DNA from: Verrucomicrobiota bacterium
GTDB taxonomy: Bacteria; Verrucomicrobiota; Verrucomicrobiia; Limisphaerales; AAA164-E04
Direction: 5' to 3'
Length of the DNA: 64,000 nt
Assembly (NCBI GenBank): GCA_047947115.1
Contig: CP170459.1
Span: 4,640,001-4,704,000, forward strand
Shown here: positions 21,066 through 30,457 of the stretch, in pieces
Layout of the letters: each line of letters begins with the position of its first letter
Numbering within the stretch: position 1 is the first letter of the stretch
Translations under genes and position numbers: made by a program
Notes under the pieces: generated by a model
Database searches by the model: none
Seen by the model: the letters and a program-made list of their open reading frames with translations, nothing else
Told to the model about the DNA's origin: nothing

Positions 21066-22070
21066 ATGAACCGTTTGACATATCTAATGCCTTCGTCACT
21101 GTTGTGGGTCTTGTGCGTGATATTTTCGCAAGCAACCACCCAAGGCGCATCCCGTGAAGACTGGAAGATCCAACCACTCCTGTTTGAAGCCCTGACCGAA
21201 CCTCCCTGCTCTTATGTCTCAACAGAACACCGAAAAGGATTTGTGGAAAACACCGACAAGGTTGTTGCCTGGCTGCGAGGTGCCCATAATGGAGGCGCCA
21301 TCCCATTAAGACACTTTCTGGCGGGACCACGGATCATCAACGACACTTACGGGCTCTTTTTCTATGATCCGGAAGGTGGCTACGTTGCCGCCTATAAAAA
21401 GGATTACGGTTACTCGTTTTATGGATGGCGGAAAGAAGTCATGCTCGTAAAAAGCAAAGATGGCACTGTCTGGTCCGCTCTGAGTGGACGGGCTTTGGAG
21501 GGACCGCAGGAAGGAAAAACCCTGCAACGTATCCCATCCATGACGACCACCTGGGGAAATTGGCTGATGTTGCACCCCGAATCCACCGCCTACAATCTTT
21601 TCAAGGGGGATAAATACCCGGTTGTCGAACTTCCCGATGCCGACGCCTGGTCTCAGCAGCATTCACAGAAAACCCAAATCATCGCGAACGACCTCGTGAT
21701 GGGCGTTGAAAGCGAAGATGGTCAAATGGCATTTCCTCTTGATTTGACCAGGGAAAGGGCCTGCTACAATGACACACTGAACAAACTTCCCGTCACGGCC
21801 TTCTGGTATGGCCCAACGCAATCTTCCGCTGCATGGATCCGTCAGGTGGGCGACAAAATACTGACCTTCCGCGCAGATGATATCGCTCCGGAAACAGCCC
21901 CCTTCATGGACAATGAAACCAATAGCCGATGGACACTGGCAGGTCGGGCAGTGGATGGTCCGCTGCGGGGTACGGAACTGGAATGGATTCCATCCATTCA
22001 ATGCCGTGCAGAAGCCTGGATGGCGGAATATCCGGCATCCACCTCGTTTCAACCCCAAACAAAACCATGA
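21066..22070 (+). CDS. DUF3179-like secreted protein
   Basis: Signal peptide; duplicated WSALSGRALEGP / WTLAGRAVDGPLRG units and TTWGNWLMLHPES. Confidence 0.7.
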   Translation: MNRLTYLMPSSLLWVLCVIFSQATTQGASREDWKIQPLLFEALTEPPCSYVSTEHRKGFVENTDKVVAWLRGAHNGGAIPLRHFLAGPRIINDTYGLFFYDPEGGYVAAYKKDYGYSFYGWRKEVMLVKSKDGTVWSALSGRALEGPQEGKTLQRIPSMTTTWGNWLMLHPESTAYNLFKGDKYPVVELPDADAWSQQHSQKTQIIANDLVMGVESEDGQMAFPLDLTRERACYNDTLNKLPVTAFWYGPTQSSAAWIRQVGDKILTFRADDIAPETAPFMDNETNSRWTLAGRAVDGPLRGTELEWIPSIQCRAEAWMAEYPASTSFQPQTKP

Positions 22071-23149
22071 CATCCTGCCTTCGAATCTGTATTGGATGCT
22101 GTTTGGCACTCCTGAGCTGGAAAGCTCTGGCTCAAGATGCGAACGACCTGATAAAGGGCTTGTTGATAGAAGCCTCCTGGCTGCAACATCAGCAAGCACA
22201 GCCATTAAAGGACTCCGGATACAAACAATTGGTCATCAACATCCAGTCATCCCCTACCGACTCACAGTTGAGGGCTCTCCAAAGACTGAAAGAACATGAT
22301 CTGGAAGTATGGTATTGGATCGAAATCGCCCGGGATGAACAAATGGCAGCCCAACACCCCGAATGGATGGCCAGCATTCAAGGACATCCCGAATGGCGCC
22401 GTTTTCACCCGAATTTCCCCAAGGAAACACAAGGGGAAGTTGTAAAAGTGTTTCCATGGGTTCCCGTGTTTTTCGAAGGAGCATTTGAAGCTCATTTTGA
22501 AAAAGTAAATGATCTATTGGAACAATGGCCTTCAGCCAAAGGTGTGTTCCTGAACGACCTCCAGGGAGCGCCAACGGCTTGCGGATGCGGGCATACGCTA
22601 TGTCGATGGACCACCGATTACGGCCCGAAAACAACCGCCAGGAACCTGGGCCACACAGCCCCGGCTCAGTTTATCAAACGGGTAATGGAGGCGCATCCCG
22701 ATATGGAATGCATCCCGGTGTGGGCCACCGAGTGTGAAGCGCATGATAAGGACAGCCTGTGTGCCGGAGTGGGATGTTATAACGGCGCCTGCTGGCGCGA
22801 GTGGTCCAAGCAGCTCGCTCCCATCTCCCAGGCCACTACACATCTGGCGGCCCTGCTGACTTACAAGGAACTTCAACGTGACCTGGACGTCTATGGCACA
22901 AGAGCAGGATGGATCCCTAAAGCCATCGACAGCTTTGCCAGCGAATCCAAGCGATTCAACCACCCTGCCGTTCCTCCTGAGAGACTGATCGGCATACTGC
23001 AAGGATGGAACACCACACCGGAAGAAGAAACGGCCCAGATACGTCATCTGGAAAAATCGGGCACTCATGGATTCATCCTTTCAAAAATGCCGATCACCTC
23101 CGAATGGGAACCGCGCATCCTGAAAATGGATGGAAAGCCTCTGCGATAA
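22067..23149 (+). CDS. Secreted hypothetical protein (TIM-barrel-like, Cys-rich)
   Basis: ATGA overlap with the upstream stop at 22067-22070; signal peptide; GVFLND..G..ACGCGH.LC. Confidence 0.7.
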   Translation: MTSCLRICIGCCLALLSWKALAQDANDLIKGLLIEASWLQHQQAQPLKDSGYKQLVINIQSSPTDSQLRALQRLKEHDLEVWYWIEIARDEQMAAQHPEWMASIQGHPEWRRFHPNFPKETQGEVVKVFPWVPVFFEGAFEAHFEKVNDLLEQWPSAKGVFLNDLQGAPTACGCGHTLCRWTTDYGPKTTARNLGHTAPAQFIKRVMEAHPDMECIPVWATECEAHDKDSLCAGVGCYNGACWREWSKQLAPISQATTHLAALLTYKELQRDLDVYGTRAGWIPKAIDSFASESKRFNHPAVPPERLIGILQGWNTTPEEETAQIRHLEKSGTHGFILSKMPITSEWEPRILKMDGKPLR

Positions 23150-23274
23150 CCGCTCATGGATCAGGAACTCACGGCGGTTTGTGGCAACGAAAAACAAGCG
23201 TTGGGAACTCAGAATATTGAATCCATCAGACTGTAGCAGCTACGCGATGTCAGGCTTGAATCTCGAAAAGTCTC

Positions 23275-24663
23275 CTAATTGGTAGCCTGTATATTTTGGG
23301 CGGCATCAAGGGATTGATAGTGTTCCAGAAAACGGAGGCGTTGCTTTTCCAATTGCTCCAGCTGACGGGTCGTTTTCTTGATGACAGCCGAGGCCCTGGT
23401 GGCCAGCTGCCCTCGTCGTTCAGGCTCATATCCGACGTCATCCATCATGGAATCAAAGGACTGAAACAAGTCCAGATAGGATTCGATCAACGGCATGACT
23501 TCAAAGTGGGACTGGGCTTTCAACAACTGCAATTGCTGGATCAGATGCTTTGTTTGGGCCTCACGCTCCTCTTCATCCCAGGTGGCAATGACATCTTTGA
23601 ACGCAAACGTTTGCCAGCGGGGCAGGTCGTCTTCCAAAACGGCCATTTTTGCAGGTGGATTGAGAATCCTGCCCAATTCCTCCAGGCTTCTCTCCATCCC
23701 CCACCGGCGTCTGTCGTTGTATTGCGTAATGGAGGCAGTCAGAACAGCCCACCATTTTTCAAGGCTGAGCATATTGGGAAAAGAAGAACGGTAGGCCTGA
23801 TGAAACGCTGTTTGCCAATTAAGATAGTTTGGAAGCATTTCGATGAAGCGATGCATGGAAGACTTTCCGTCCACTATCAGGCACAATTCCCGAAACATCA
23901 AATGGGAACAATGCCTGAAGTTCATGGTCCGCACCCATTGGTCATCCGATGAAAATAACTGCTCGGCACTGAGCGGATCATTGGTTTGAAGGAATTGCTT
24001 GGCCTGGAAGGTCGATTCCCGCTTGTAAAACCAGGGAGTGGGCTTGCCAAGTTTATCGCTGGGAACCCCGACCTCCACCATGTCGTCCACAGTCAATGAT
24101 GGATCCATGATGGCAGAATGCACCACAAACTGTCGAAGCCCCTCAATCAACCAGGCGGGGGGATGGCACATGACTTCCGGTGAGGGGCGGTTGACAATCT
24201 CCAGAAAAATGACATGAACAAGGTTCCTGAGCCAAATGTCTTCAGAGATTTTGGGTTTCAACACCACTTGAAATCCCCACCCATTGGCATATCGCGTCGG
24301 AACGGTAATGAACGGCTCTTTGGATCGACGGCTGGAGCTGATGGTAAACCGGATTTTATTGCGCCAGCTGTCCTGCACGCCAAGAGCCTGCAACATCATG
24401 TCCTTGATTTGCTCGGCATTCAGGGCTACCAAATCGGGCGTCAATGCGATCAGACCGTTGTTTTTTTCCAAGCCATTAAGGTTCGATGGCTCAAATATTT
24501 CTCCATCCCAAACAACGACGAACTGTTCACTTTTGCTGACCAAGGTGCCAGCCATACCGCCCGAAACGCCAAGACTCAGCAAGATGCCGGCAAGTAACCG
24601 GCAAAAACGCCGGCACGTCGTCGTTCTTTGGAAAGGATTCAGCATGTCACCTTGCAAGCACAC
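23275..24663 (-). CDS. Hypothetical secreted protein
   Basis: 462-aa ORF with hydrophobic N-terminus; PPAWLIEG resembles peptidase MA-like segments, but there is no intact HExxH. Confidence 0.7.
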   Translation of the reverse strand: MCLQGDMLNPFQRTTTCRRFCRLLAGILLSLGVSGGMAGTLVSKSEQFVVVWDGEIFEPSNLNGLEKNNGLIALTPDLVALNAEQIKDMMLQALGVQDSWRNKIRFTISSSRRSKEPFITVPTRYANGWGFQVVLKPKISEDIWLRNLVHVIFLEIVNRPSPEVMCHPPAWLIEGLRQFVVHSAIMDPSLTVDDMVEVGVPSDKLGKPTPWFYKRESTFQAKQFLQTNDPLSAEQLFSSDDQWVRTMNFRHCSHLMFRELCLIVDGKSSMHRFIEMLPNYLNWQTAFHQAYRSSFPNMLSLEKWWAVLTASITQYNDRRRWGMERSLEELGRILNPPAKMAVLEDDLPRWQTFAFKDVIATWDEEEREAQTKHLIQQLQLLKAQSHFEVMPLIESYLDLFQSFDSMMDDVGYEPERRGQLATRASAVIKKTTRQLEQLEKQRLRFLEHYQSLDAAQNIQATN

Positions 24664-24689
24664 ATCATTCCAAAATCGCCATAAAAGTA

Positions 24690-25001
24690 TCAGGACGAAC
24701 TCTTTGACTTGGATTTCTTGGGTTTGGAGCTGGATTTGGATTTGGTTTCCTTGGCAGGGCTGGGTTTATCGTTTTTGGCGCCAGCCTTGTAACTTTCACT
24801 GCGGTAATCGGTAATGTAGAAACCACTCCCCTTGAAAATCAGTCCCGCGCCGGCTCCAATCGCCCGGTGAACTTTTCCCTTGCCCCATTGTTTTTTCTGG
24901 CAAATGTCCTTTGGACAGGTGGTCAGGGCGTCGTCTTTCATGGATTGAAACTGTTCAAATTCCAATCCGCACTTCTCACATTGATATTCGTATGTTGGCA
25001 T
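24690..25001 (-). CDS. FmdB-family zinc-ribbon protein
   Basis: MPTYEYQCEKCG...FKGSGFYITDY; Lys/Ser-rich tail. Confidence 0.9.
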   Translation of the reverse strand: MPTYEYQCEKCGLEFEQFQSMKDDALTTCPKDICQKKQWGKGKVHRAIGAGAGLIFKGSGFYITDYRSESYKAGAKNDKPSPAKETKSKSSSKPKKSKSKSSS

Positions 25002-25128
25002 AATAGGTGCAAATTCCATCGATCCTTCCGTAAAATCCCGTTCAGAAGCACCGATCAGCATAGCAAAAACCTAATTCGATCTAAAACTTCAAGCAAATTC
25101 CATCGCATTTTGCTTTGCAAAGCAACTT

Positions 25129-25638
25129 GTGGCAAGTAGGGATGAAGCCTTTACCGTGAACGAACCGAACCAAAACAAAAAACGATTCTACAAGAAATCC
25201 ACCTTTGTCACTCATCTGCCCGAGCGCTACCTCTACAGCCCGTCACATGGCTGGGTATGCGAGATCGAGGAAGGACTGTGGCGTGTGGGACTGACCAAAT
25301 TCGCAACCCGTATGCTGGGTGATATGGTGGATCAGGATTTTGAAGTCAAATCGGATGACACCGTTCAGTTCGGTCAAATCATCGGATGGATGGAAGGTTT
25401 CAAGGCGATCTCGGATCTGTATGCCCTGGTCGAGGGAACTTTTGATCAAGTGAATCCCGCCTTGAATTCAGACCTGTCCGCCATCACAAAAGATCCCTAT
25501 GCCAGCGGCTGGCTCTACCAGGCTCGAGGCAAGATCGATCCCCGCTGCATGTCGGTGACCGAATATACGGAACTGCTGGATGCCACCATTGAAAAAATCC
25601 TCGAACAGCAAAAACAGGAAGACGAGGAATCATCATAA
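25129..25638 (+). CDS. Glycine cleavage system H-like lipoyl carrier protein
   Basis: YSPSHGW, RVGLTKFA..LGD, lipoyl-Lys motif EGFKAISD, VN..L...DPY..GWL. Confidence 0.8.
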   Translation: MASRDEAFTVNEPNQNKKRFYKKSTFVTHLPERYLYSPSHGWVCEIEEGLWRVGLTKFATRMLGDMVDQDFEVKSDDTVQFGQIIGWMEGFKAISDLYALVEGTFDQVNPALNSDLSAITKDPYASGWLYQARGKIDPRCMSVTEYTELLDATIEKILEQQKQEDEESS

Positions 25639-25809
25639 GCCTGAGTTCTTAAGAACATTAGCCAGCGCGCCCAGTACCCAAATATTGACCAACTTCAAAC
25701 ACCAATTGCCCTGAGCAAGTTCCCACTTGATTTAGCGCAGCTTTGGCCACATTGTATCCACACGTTTCTTGTTCTCCATATCGCAAGAAAAACCCATAGC
25801 TTTAAACAA

Positions 25810-26877
25810 GTGATACATTTGAAATTCAAGGCTTTGACCCAAGGCAAACAGTCAACCACCTGGCTCATGTGCTGTTTTGCTGCCGTGATGTTGATGGCTG
25901 GTTGTTCACAGGACGATCAGATTCAGGTTTATACCGTGCCCAAAAAGGTAGCCTACCAACTACCCTCCAACTGGACAAAAACAGCAAGCACCAGCGCGAT
26001 GCGACTGGCCACTTACGACGTGAGAGGTGAGAATGGAGAGGAGGCCGAAGTGGCTATTCTTCCCATGCCTAGTCTGAATGTTGCGGATCACGAAATCGTC
26101 AACCTGTGGCGAAGCCAGTTGCAACTTCCCCCCATCACCAAGGAAGAAGTGGAGCAGTCTTCTGATCCGGTACAAATCGGGGATCTACAGGGGCGTATCT
26201 TCGATTTGACGGCACCGGAAAACGCGCCGGGCGAAATGTCGGGTGCCAGAATCATTACGGCGTTTGTGGCCGCCCCCACCGGCACCTGGTTTTTCAAAAT
26301 GACCGGTCAAAAGGATCACCTCGAAAAGGAAATCGACGGATTCACTTCCTTTCTGGGCTCAGTTGATCTGAATGCCATGCAAAAGGAAATCGCGGCATCC
26401 CGCACAACCGCCGACCCACATGCCGGGGTCAACATGGCTGCCGCCAGCGCTCCGCCCACTCGACCTTCAACGGCTTCCTCCAATCTCCCGAAATGGACGA
26501 TTCCCGATTCGTGGACCGACAAAGGGGGACGCTCCATGATTCTGGCCAGTTTTTCGGCTCAAGGCGGAGCGGTGGAGGTCACGGTCTCCATGCTCGGAGG
26601 CGGTGCGGGCGGAACATTGCCAAACATCAACCGCTGGCGCGGACAAGTCGGGTTACCTCCGGCAAGTGAAGCGGATCTGACATCCATGGCGAGCAGTATC
26701 GAAGTGGGTGACATCGAGTCCACCTACGTCAGTCTGCCGGGAGCCTCGCAACAGATCGACGCGGTGATTGTGCCAAAAGGAAATCAGACCTGGTTCTTCA
26801 AGGCCATGGGCACGCCGGCAGCCGTCCAACAGGAAACAGAAAACTTCAAGTCATTCGTTCAATCCGTTCAATTCTAG
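25810..26877 (+). CDS. Lipoprotein with two repeated domains, cytochrome c biogenesis-associated
   Basis: Lipobox MAGC; duplicated NxWRxQxxL and TWFFKxxG segments; directly upstream of resB-ccsA. Confidence 0.75.
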   Translation: MIHLKFKALTQGKQSTTWLMCCFAAVMLMAGCSQDDQIQVYTVPKKVAYQLPSNWTKTASTSAMRLATYDVRGENGEEAEVAILPMPSLNVADHEIVNLWRSQLQLPPITKEEVEQSSDPVQIGDLQGRIFDLTAPENAPGEMSGARIITAFVAAPTGTWFFKMTGQKDHLEKEIDGFTSFLGSVDLNAMQKEIAASRTTADPHAGVNMAAASAPPTRPSTASSNLPKWTIPDSWTDKGGRSMILASFSAQGGAVEVTVSMLGGGAGGTLPNINRWRGQVGLPPASEADLTSMASSIEVGDIESTYVSLPGASQQIDAVIVPKGNQTWFFKAMGTPAAVQQETENFKSFVQSVQF

Positions 26878-26881
26878 CATC

Positions 26882-28075
26882 ATGCTGAAGCAGATCACAA
26901 AGTTCTTCACTTCCCTTAAACTGACCGTCACCTGCCTGGCGTTTTTCCTCATCATCGTATTCGTCGGCACGATGGCGCAGGTCGACCAGGGGCTCTACCA
27001 GGTTCAGGAACTTTATTTCAAAAGTTTACTGATCTATTGGGGTCCTGAAAATGCGGATTGGAAAATCCCGGTACTGCCCGGTGGTTACCTGGTGGGTGTC
27101 TTCCTGATGATCAATCTGGTTGCAGCATTTGTCAGCCGCTTCAAATTGACGAAGAAGAAATTCGGCATTTATATCACGCATGCAGGGTTGATCCTGTTGT
27201 TGCTTGGACAGGTTTTCACGGATGCGCTCTCACGCGAAAGCGCCATGGAAATTGAAGAAGGCGGAACCAGTTCGCATTCGGAAGATTTCAAACTGGACGA
27301 ATGGGTGCTGATTGATCATTCCAATCCGACTGAAGACAAGGTCTGTACAATTGCCGATTCACTCATTGCCGGAAGCAAAGGATCTGTCATCATCGCCGAC
27401 TCCCTTCCTTTTAAAGTCAAAGTCCTCGACTACTGGCAAAACGTAAGCCTGACCGGGTCGCTTATCGATGAAGACGGGAACCAGAAGTCGGGTTATACCA
27501 GGGTAGAAGCCACGACAGGATTTGATAATGTATACCTCAAGCCTATACCTCCGGCCACCAGCATGGATTCAAGGGACATGAAGGCGGCCATTGTGGAATT
27601 ATTGGACGGCGATACATCTTTGGGGCAATGGCTGGTAGCGACTCGCATGAATGCCCAGAAATTCAGTCACAACGGAAAACAATACTCAGTGGCGATGAGA
27701 GCCAAGCGTTACTACAAGGACTTCTCCTTAACCCTTCTCCGAGCCACACACGACAAGTACACCGGCACGGACCTTCCCAAGAATTTCGCCAGCCGTGTTC
27801 GCTTGAAAAACGACAATACCGGAGAAGACCGTGAAGTGCTGATTTACATGAACCATCCATTGAGATATGAGGGAATGACCTTTTTCCAGCACCAGATGAC
27901 TGCCGGTGAAGTCGTCAGAAGATCCGGCATGACCCCCTCTTCCGTGTTTCAGGTGGTCAAAAATCCCACGTGGCTGACCCCCTACTTTGCCTGTATCATG
28001 GTTGGATTGGGATTGCTCATCCAGTTCATGTTCCACCTCCTGGCATTCGTCAAAAAACGCAAACAAGCAGCTTAA
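26882..28075 (+). CDS. resB: ResB/Ccs1-family cytochrome c biogenesis protein
   Basis: FTSLKLTV, GTMAQ, ITHAG, YTGTDLPKNFASRV and MNHPLRYEG motifs. Confidence 0.82.
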   Translation: MLKQITKFFTSLKLTVTCLAFFLIIVFVGTMAQVDQGLYQVQELYFKSLLIYWGPENADWKIPVLPGGYLVGVFLMINLVAAFVSRFKLTKKKFGIYITHAGLILLLLGQVFTDALSRESAMEIEEGGTSSHSEDFKLDEWVLIDHSNPTEDKVCTIADSLIAGSKGSVIIADSLPFKVKVLDYWQNVSLTGSLIDEDGNQKSGYTRVEATTGFDNVYLKPIPPATSMDSRDMKAAIVELLDGDTSLGQWLVATRMNAQKFSHNGKQYSVAMRAKRYYKDFSLTLLRATHDKYTGTDLPKNFASRVRLKNDNTGEDREVLIYMNHPLRYEGMTFFQHQMTAGEVVRRSGMTPSSVFQVVKNPTWLTPYFACIMVGLGLLIQFMFHLLAFVKKRKQAA

Positions 28076-28117
28076 CCATTCCTGATACTTTCACATCCTC
28101 CGACTGAACAAAATACT

Positions 28118-30082
28118 ATGAAGAAATTCCTCCCATTCATCGTTCTCGGACTCTTCACCCTCTGGATCGTTTCCGCCATGCGCCCCGCCAAACCACGCGG
28201 ATACATGGATGACGTGCAATTCGGCCAGCTTCCCGTTTTACGCGAAGGCCGCCTGCAGCCACTCGATTCTGTGGGCATGAATGCGTTAAAGCTTATCCGT
28301 GGCACACGCAAAGTGCCTTTGGAAGGCAACAATGAAAAAGGAGAATGGGGCAATTTTCTGGAAATCAGGGGTGACGGCAAAGGTCAGTTGACTGAACGGC
28401 GCTGGTATCAATTTTCCAAACACCCCAAAAAACTGAACCCTTCGGAATGGCTCATGGAAGTCATGATGCATCCGGAAATCGCGGACGAACGATACATCTT
28501 TGCCATCAACCACCCCGATCTGGTGGGAGAACTCAGCCTGGATGGAAAAGGTTTGGACAAATCCGGACTACGTTATTTCACGTTCAATGAAATCCGGGAT
28601 CGATTCCCAACCATCCGACACCATGCCCAAAGCGCCTTCGAACAAGAGGAAGCACTTCGCTCTCCTTTTGAAAAAGCGGTAATCAAAATCTGGGTGGGCA
28701 TGAACACTTATCTGGAGCTGAAAAACACCATCGCCCCTCAGGACTCTCACAACTTTAACAGCGACCTGGAAAATTACCTCGCCATCATCACGCCCGGTCT
28801 GGAAGCCTATCGCAATCAGGTGGCCGGAAAGGAACATGACGAAGCGATATTGGGGCAATTTTCAGCTTACATGGACCGGTTCCAGATGCTGAGTTCAGCG
28901 CGCACCCTGATGGTTCCGCCGAGTAAGGACTCTGGAATGGATGATCAATGGAGCAACATTGGAACCAATTTGATCACCGCGATTCAGACGCAGGATGTCA
29001 AGCCCGCCGTACGATCCTATGCACGCATGGCAAGCTCCTTTCATGCGGATGATTCGGGCAACTTCAACCAGGCCCTCAACCAATACCGCCAATCCCTTCA
29101 ATCGGACTTAGACAAGGAATTGAAGCGCACCCACATTGAATATTCCTACAATCGCTTTGCGCCCTTCTACAAAAGCACGGTGATTTATCTCATCGCTTTC
29201 ATCCTGGCCTGTGTCACCTGGGTAAACGGATCGGAAGGCACCCGCAAGACAGCGTTTTACCTGGTTGCCCTGGCTGCCATCGTTCACACCGGCGGACTCC
29301 TCACGCGCATGTATATTGAAGGGCGCCCGCCAGTCACCAACCTCTACAGTTCGGCTATTTTTGTCGGATGGGGCGCGGTGATTCTGGGCTTGATTCTTGA
29401 ACGCATCTACCGCGACGCCATCGGTGCCGCGATCGCCAGCATCGTCGGGGTGCTGTCGCTGATCATCGCACATAACCTGGCTTTGGAAGGCGACACCATG
29501 GGTGTTCTCAGAGCGGTTCTGGACACCAATTTCTGGTTGGCCACCCATGTTGTCACCATCACCCTGGGTTATGCATCCACCTTCTTTTCAGGATTCCTGG
29601 CCATTGTTTACATCATGCGAGGATTCTTCACCCATTCCCTTTCCAAAGAAACAGCTCAATCACTCAACCGCATGGTGTATGGTGTGATCTGTTTTTCGAC
29701 TTTGTTCAGCTTCGTGGGAACGGTCCTCGGAGGCATCTGGGCGGATCAATCCTGGGGACGTTTCTGGGGCTGGGATCCAAAAGAAAATGGTGCCCTCCTG
29801 ATTGTGATTTGGAACGCGCTCATCCTTCACGCCCGCTGGGGAGGTATGATCCGTGAACGGGGCATGATGAATCTGGCCGTGTTTGGCAACATTGTGACGG
29901 CGTTCTCCTGGTTTGGAGTGAACATGTTGAACGTAGGATTGCACTCTTACGGATTCATGGGAGCCGCCTTCAAGTGGCTCATGATCTTCAATGCCAGTCA
30001 AATCCTGATCATCGCCATCGGCCTCATGCCCCTGAGCACCTGGGCCAGTTTCAAAAGCAAGTCCAGGAACCAGCCAGCATAA
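28118..30082 (+). CDS. ccsA: Cytochrome c biogenesis protein CcsA (system II)
   Basis: WWD domain WADQSWGRFWGWDPKE; RPPVTNLY, FWLATHV and GLHSYG. Confidence 0.93.
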   Translation: MKKFLPFIVLGLFTLWIVSAMRPAKPRGYMDDVQFGQLPVLREGRLQPLDSVGMNALKLIRGTRKVPLEGNNEKGEWGNFLEIRGDGKGQLTERRWYQFSKHPKKLNPSEWLMEVMMHPEIADERYIFAINHPDLVGELSLDGKGLDKSGLRYFTFNEIRDRFPTIRHHAQSAFEQEEALRSPFEKAVIKIWVGMNTYLELKNTIAPQDSHNFNSDLENYLAIITPGLEAYRNQVAGKEHDEAILGQFSAYMDRFQMLSSARTLMVPPSKDSGMDDQWSNIGTNLITAIQTQDVKPAVRSYARMASSFHADDSGNFNQALNQYRQSLQSDLDKELKRTHIEYSYNRFAPFYKSTVIYLIAFILACVTWVNGSEGTRKTAFYLVALAAIVHTGGLLTRMYIEGRPPVTNLYSSAIFVGWGAVILGLILERIYRDAIGAAIASIVGVLSLIIAHNLALEGDTMGVLRAVLDTNFWLATHVVTITLGYASTFFSGFLAIVYIMRGFFTHSLSKETAQSLNRMVYGVICFSTLFSFVGTVLGGIWADQSWGRFWGWDPKENGALLIVIWNALILHARWGGMIRERGMMNLAVFGNIVTAFSWFGVNMLNVGLHSYGFMGAAFKWLMIFNASQILIIAIGLMPLSTWASFKSKSRNQPA

Positions 30083-30457
30083 GCGTCGAGTGCCACCCGG
30101 TTGATTGCTGCTCGCGTCCTTCCAGCAAGGTGAAGAAGGACCGGCGAGCTCCGGACAGCGAGCGCGCTGAGCGCCGTTCCGGGTCTGGTCCGCTGGTTCA
30201 ATTCGCATTCAAACACGGTAGCTGTGAACCAACACCCGTAGGTTCCACTATAAGGAATAGAATGGTATTGTATATCAGCCAATCTCAACGTTCCCCTGGC
30301 GTATCCAGAGCGGTGTCGTGACCACCGCAGTCCAAAACATCCACTTGCGTCTTCCTGTAACAACTTGAACCAACCTTTTCGCAACAAAACAGCAAACATT
30401 TTTTAAGTGCGTTTCCGGTATGTCTTGAATAGATTCAGGGCGACAAAGACACCATAC

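Noticed and set aside
21066..22070. Selenoprotein (DUF3179 family)
   Set aside because: No in-frame TGA; the ORF is continuous.
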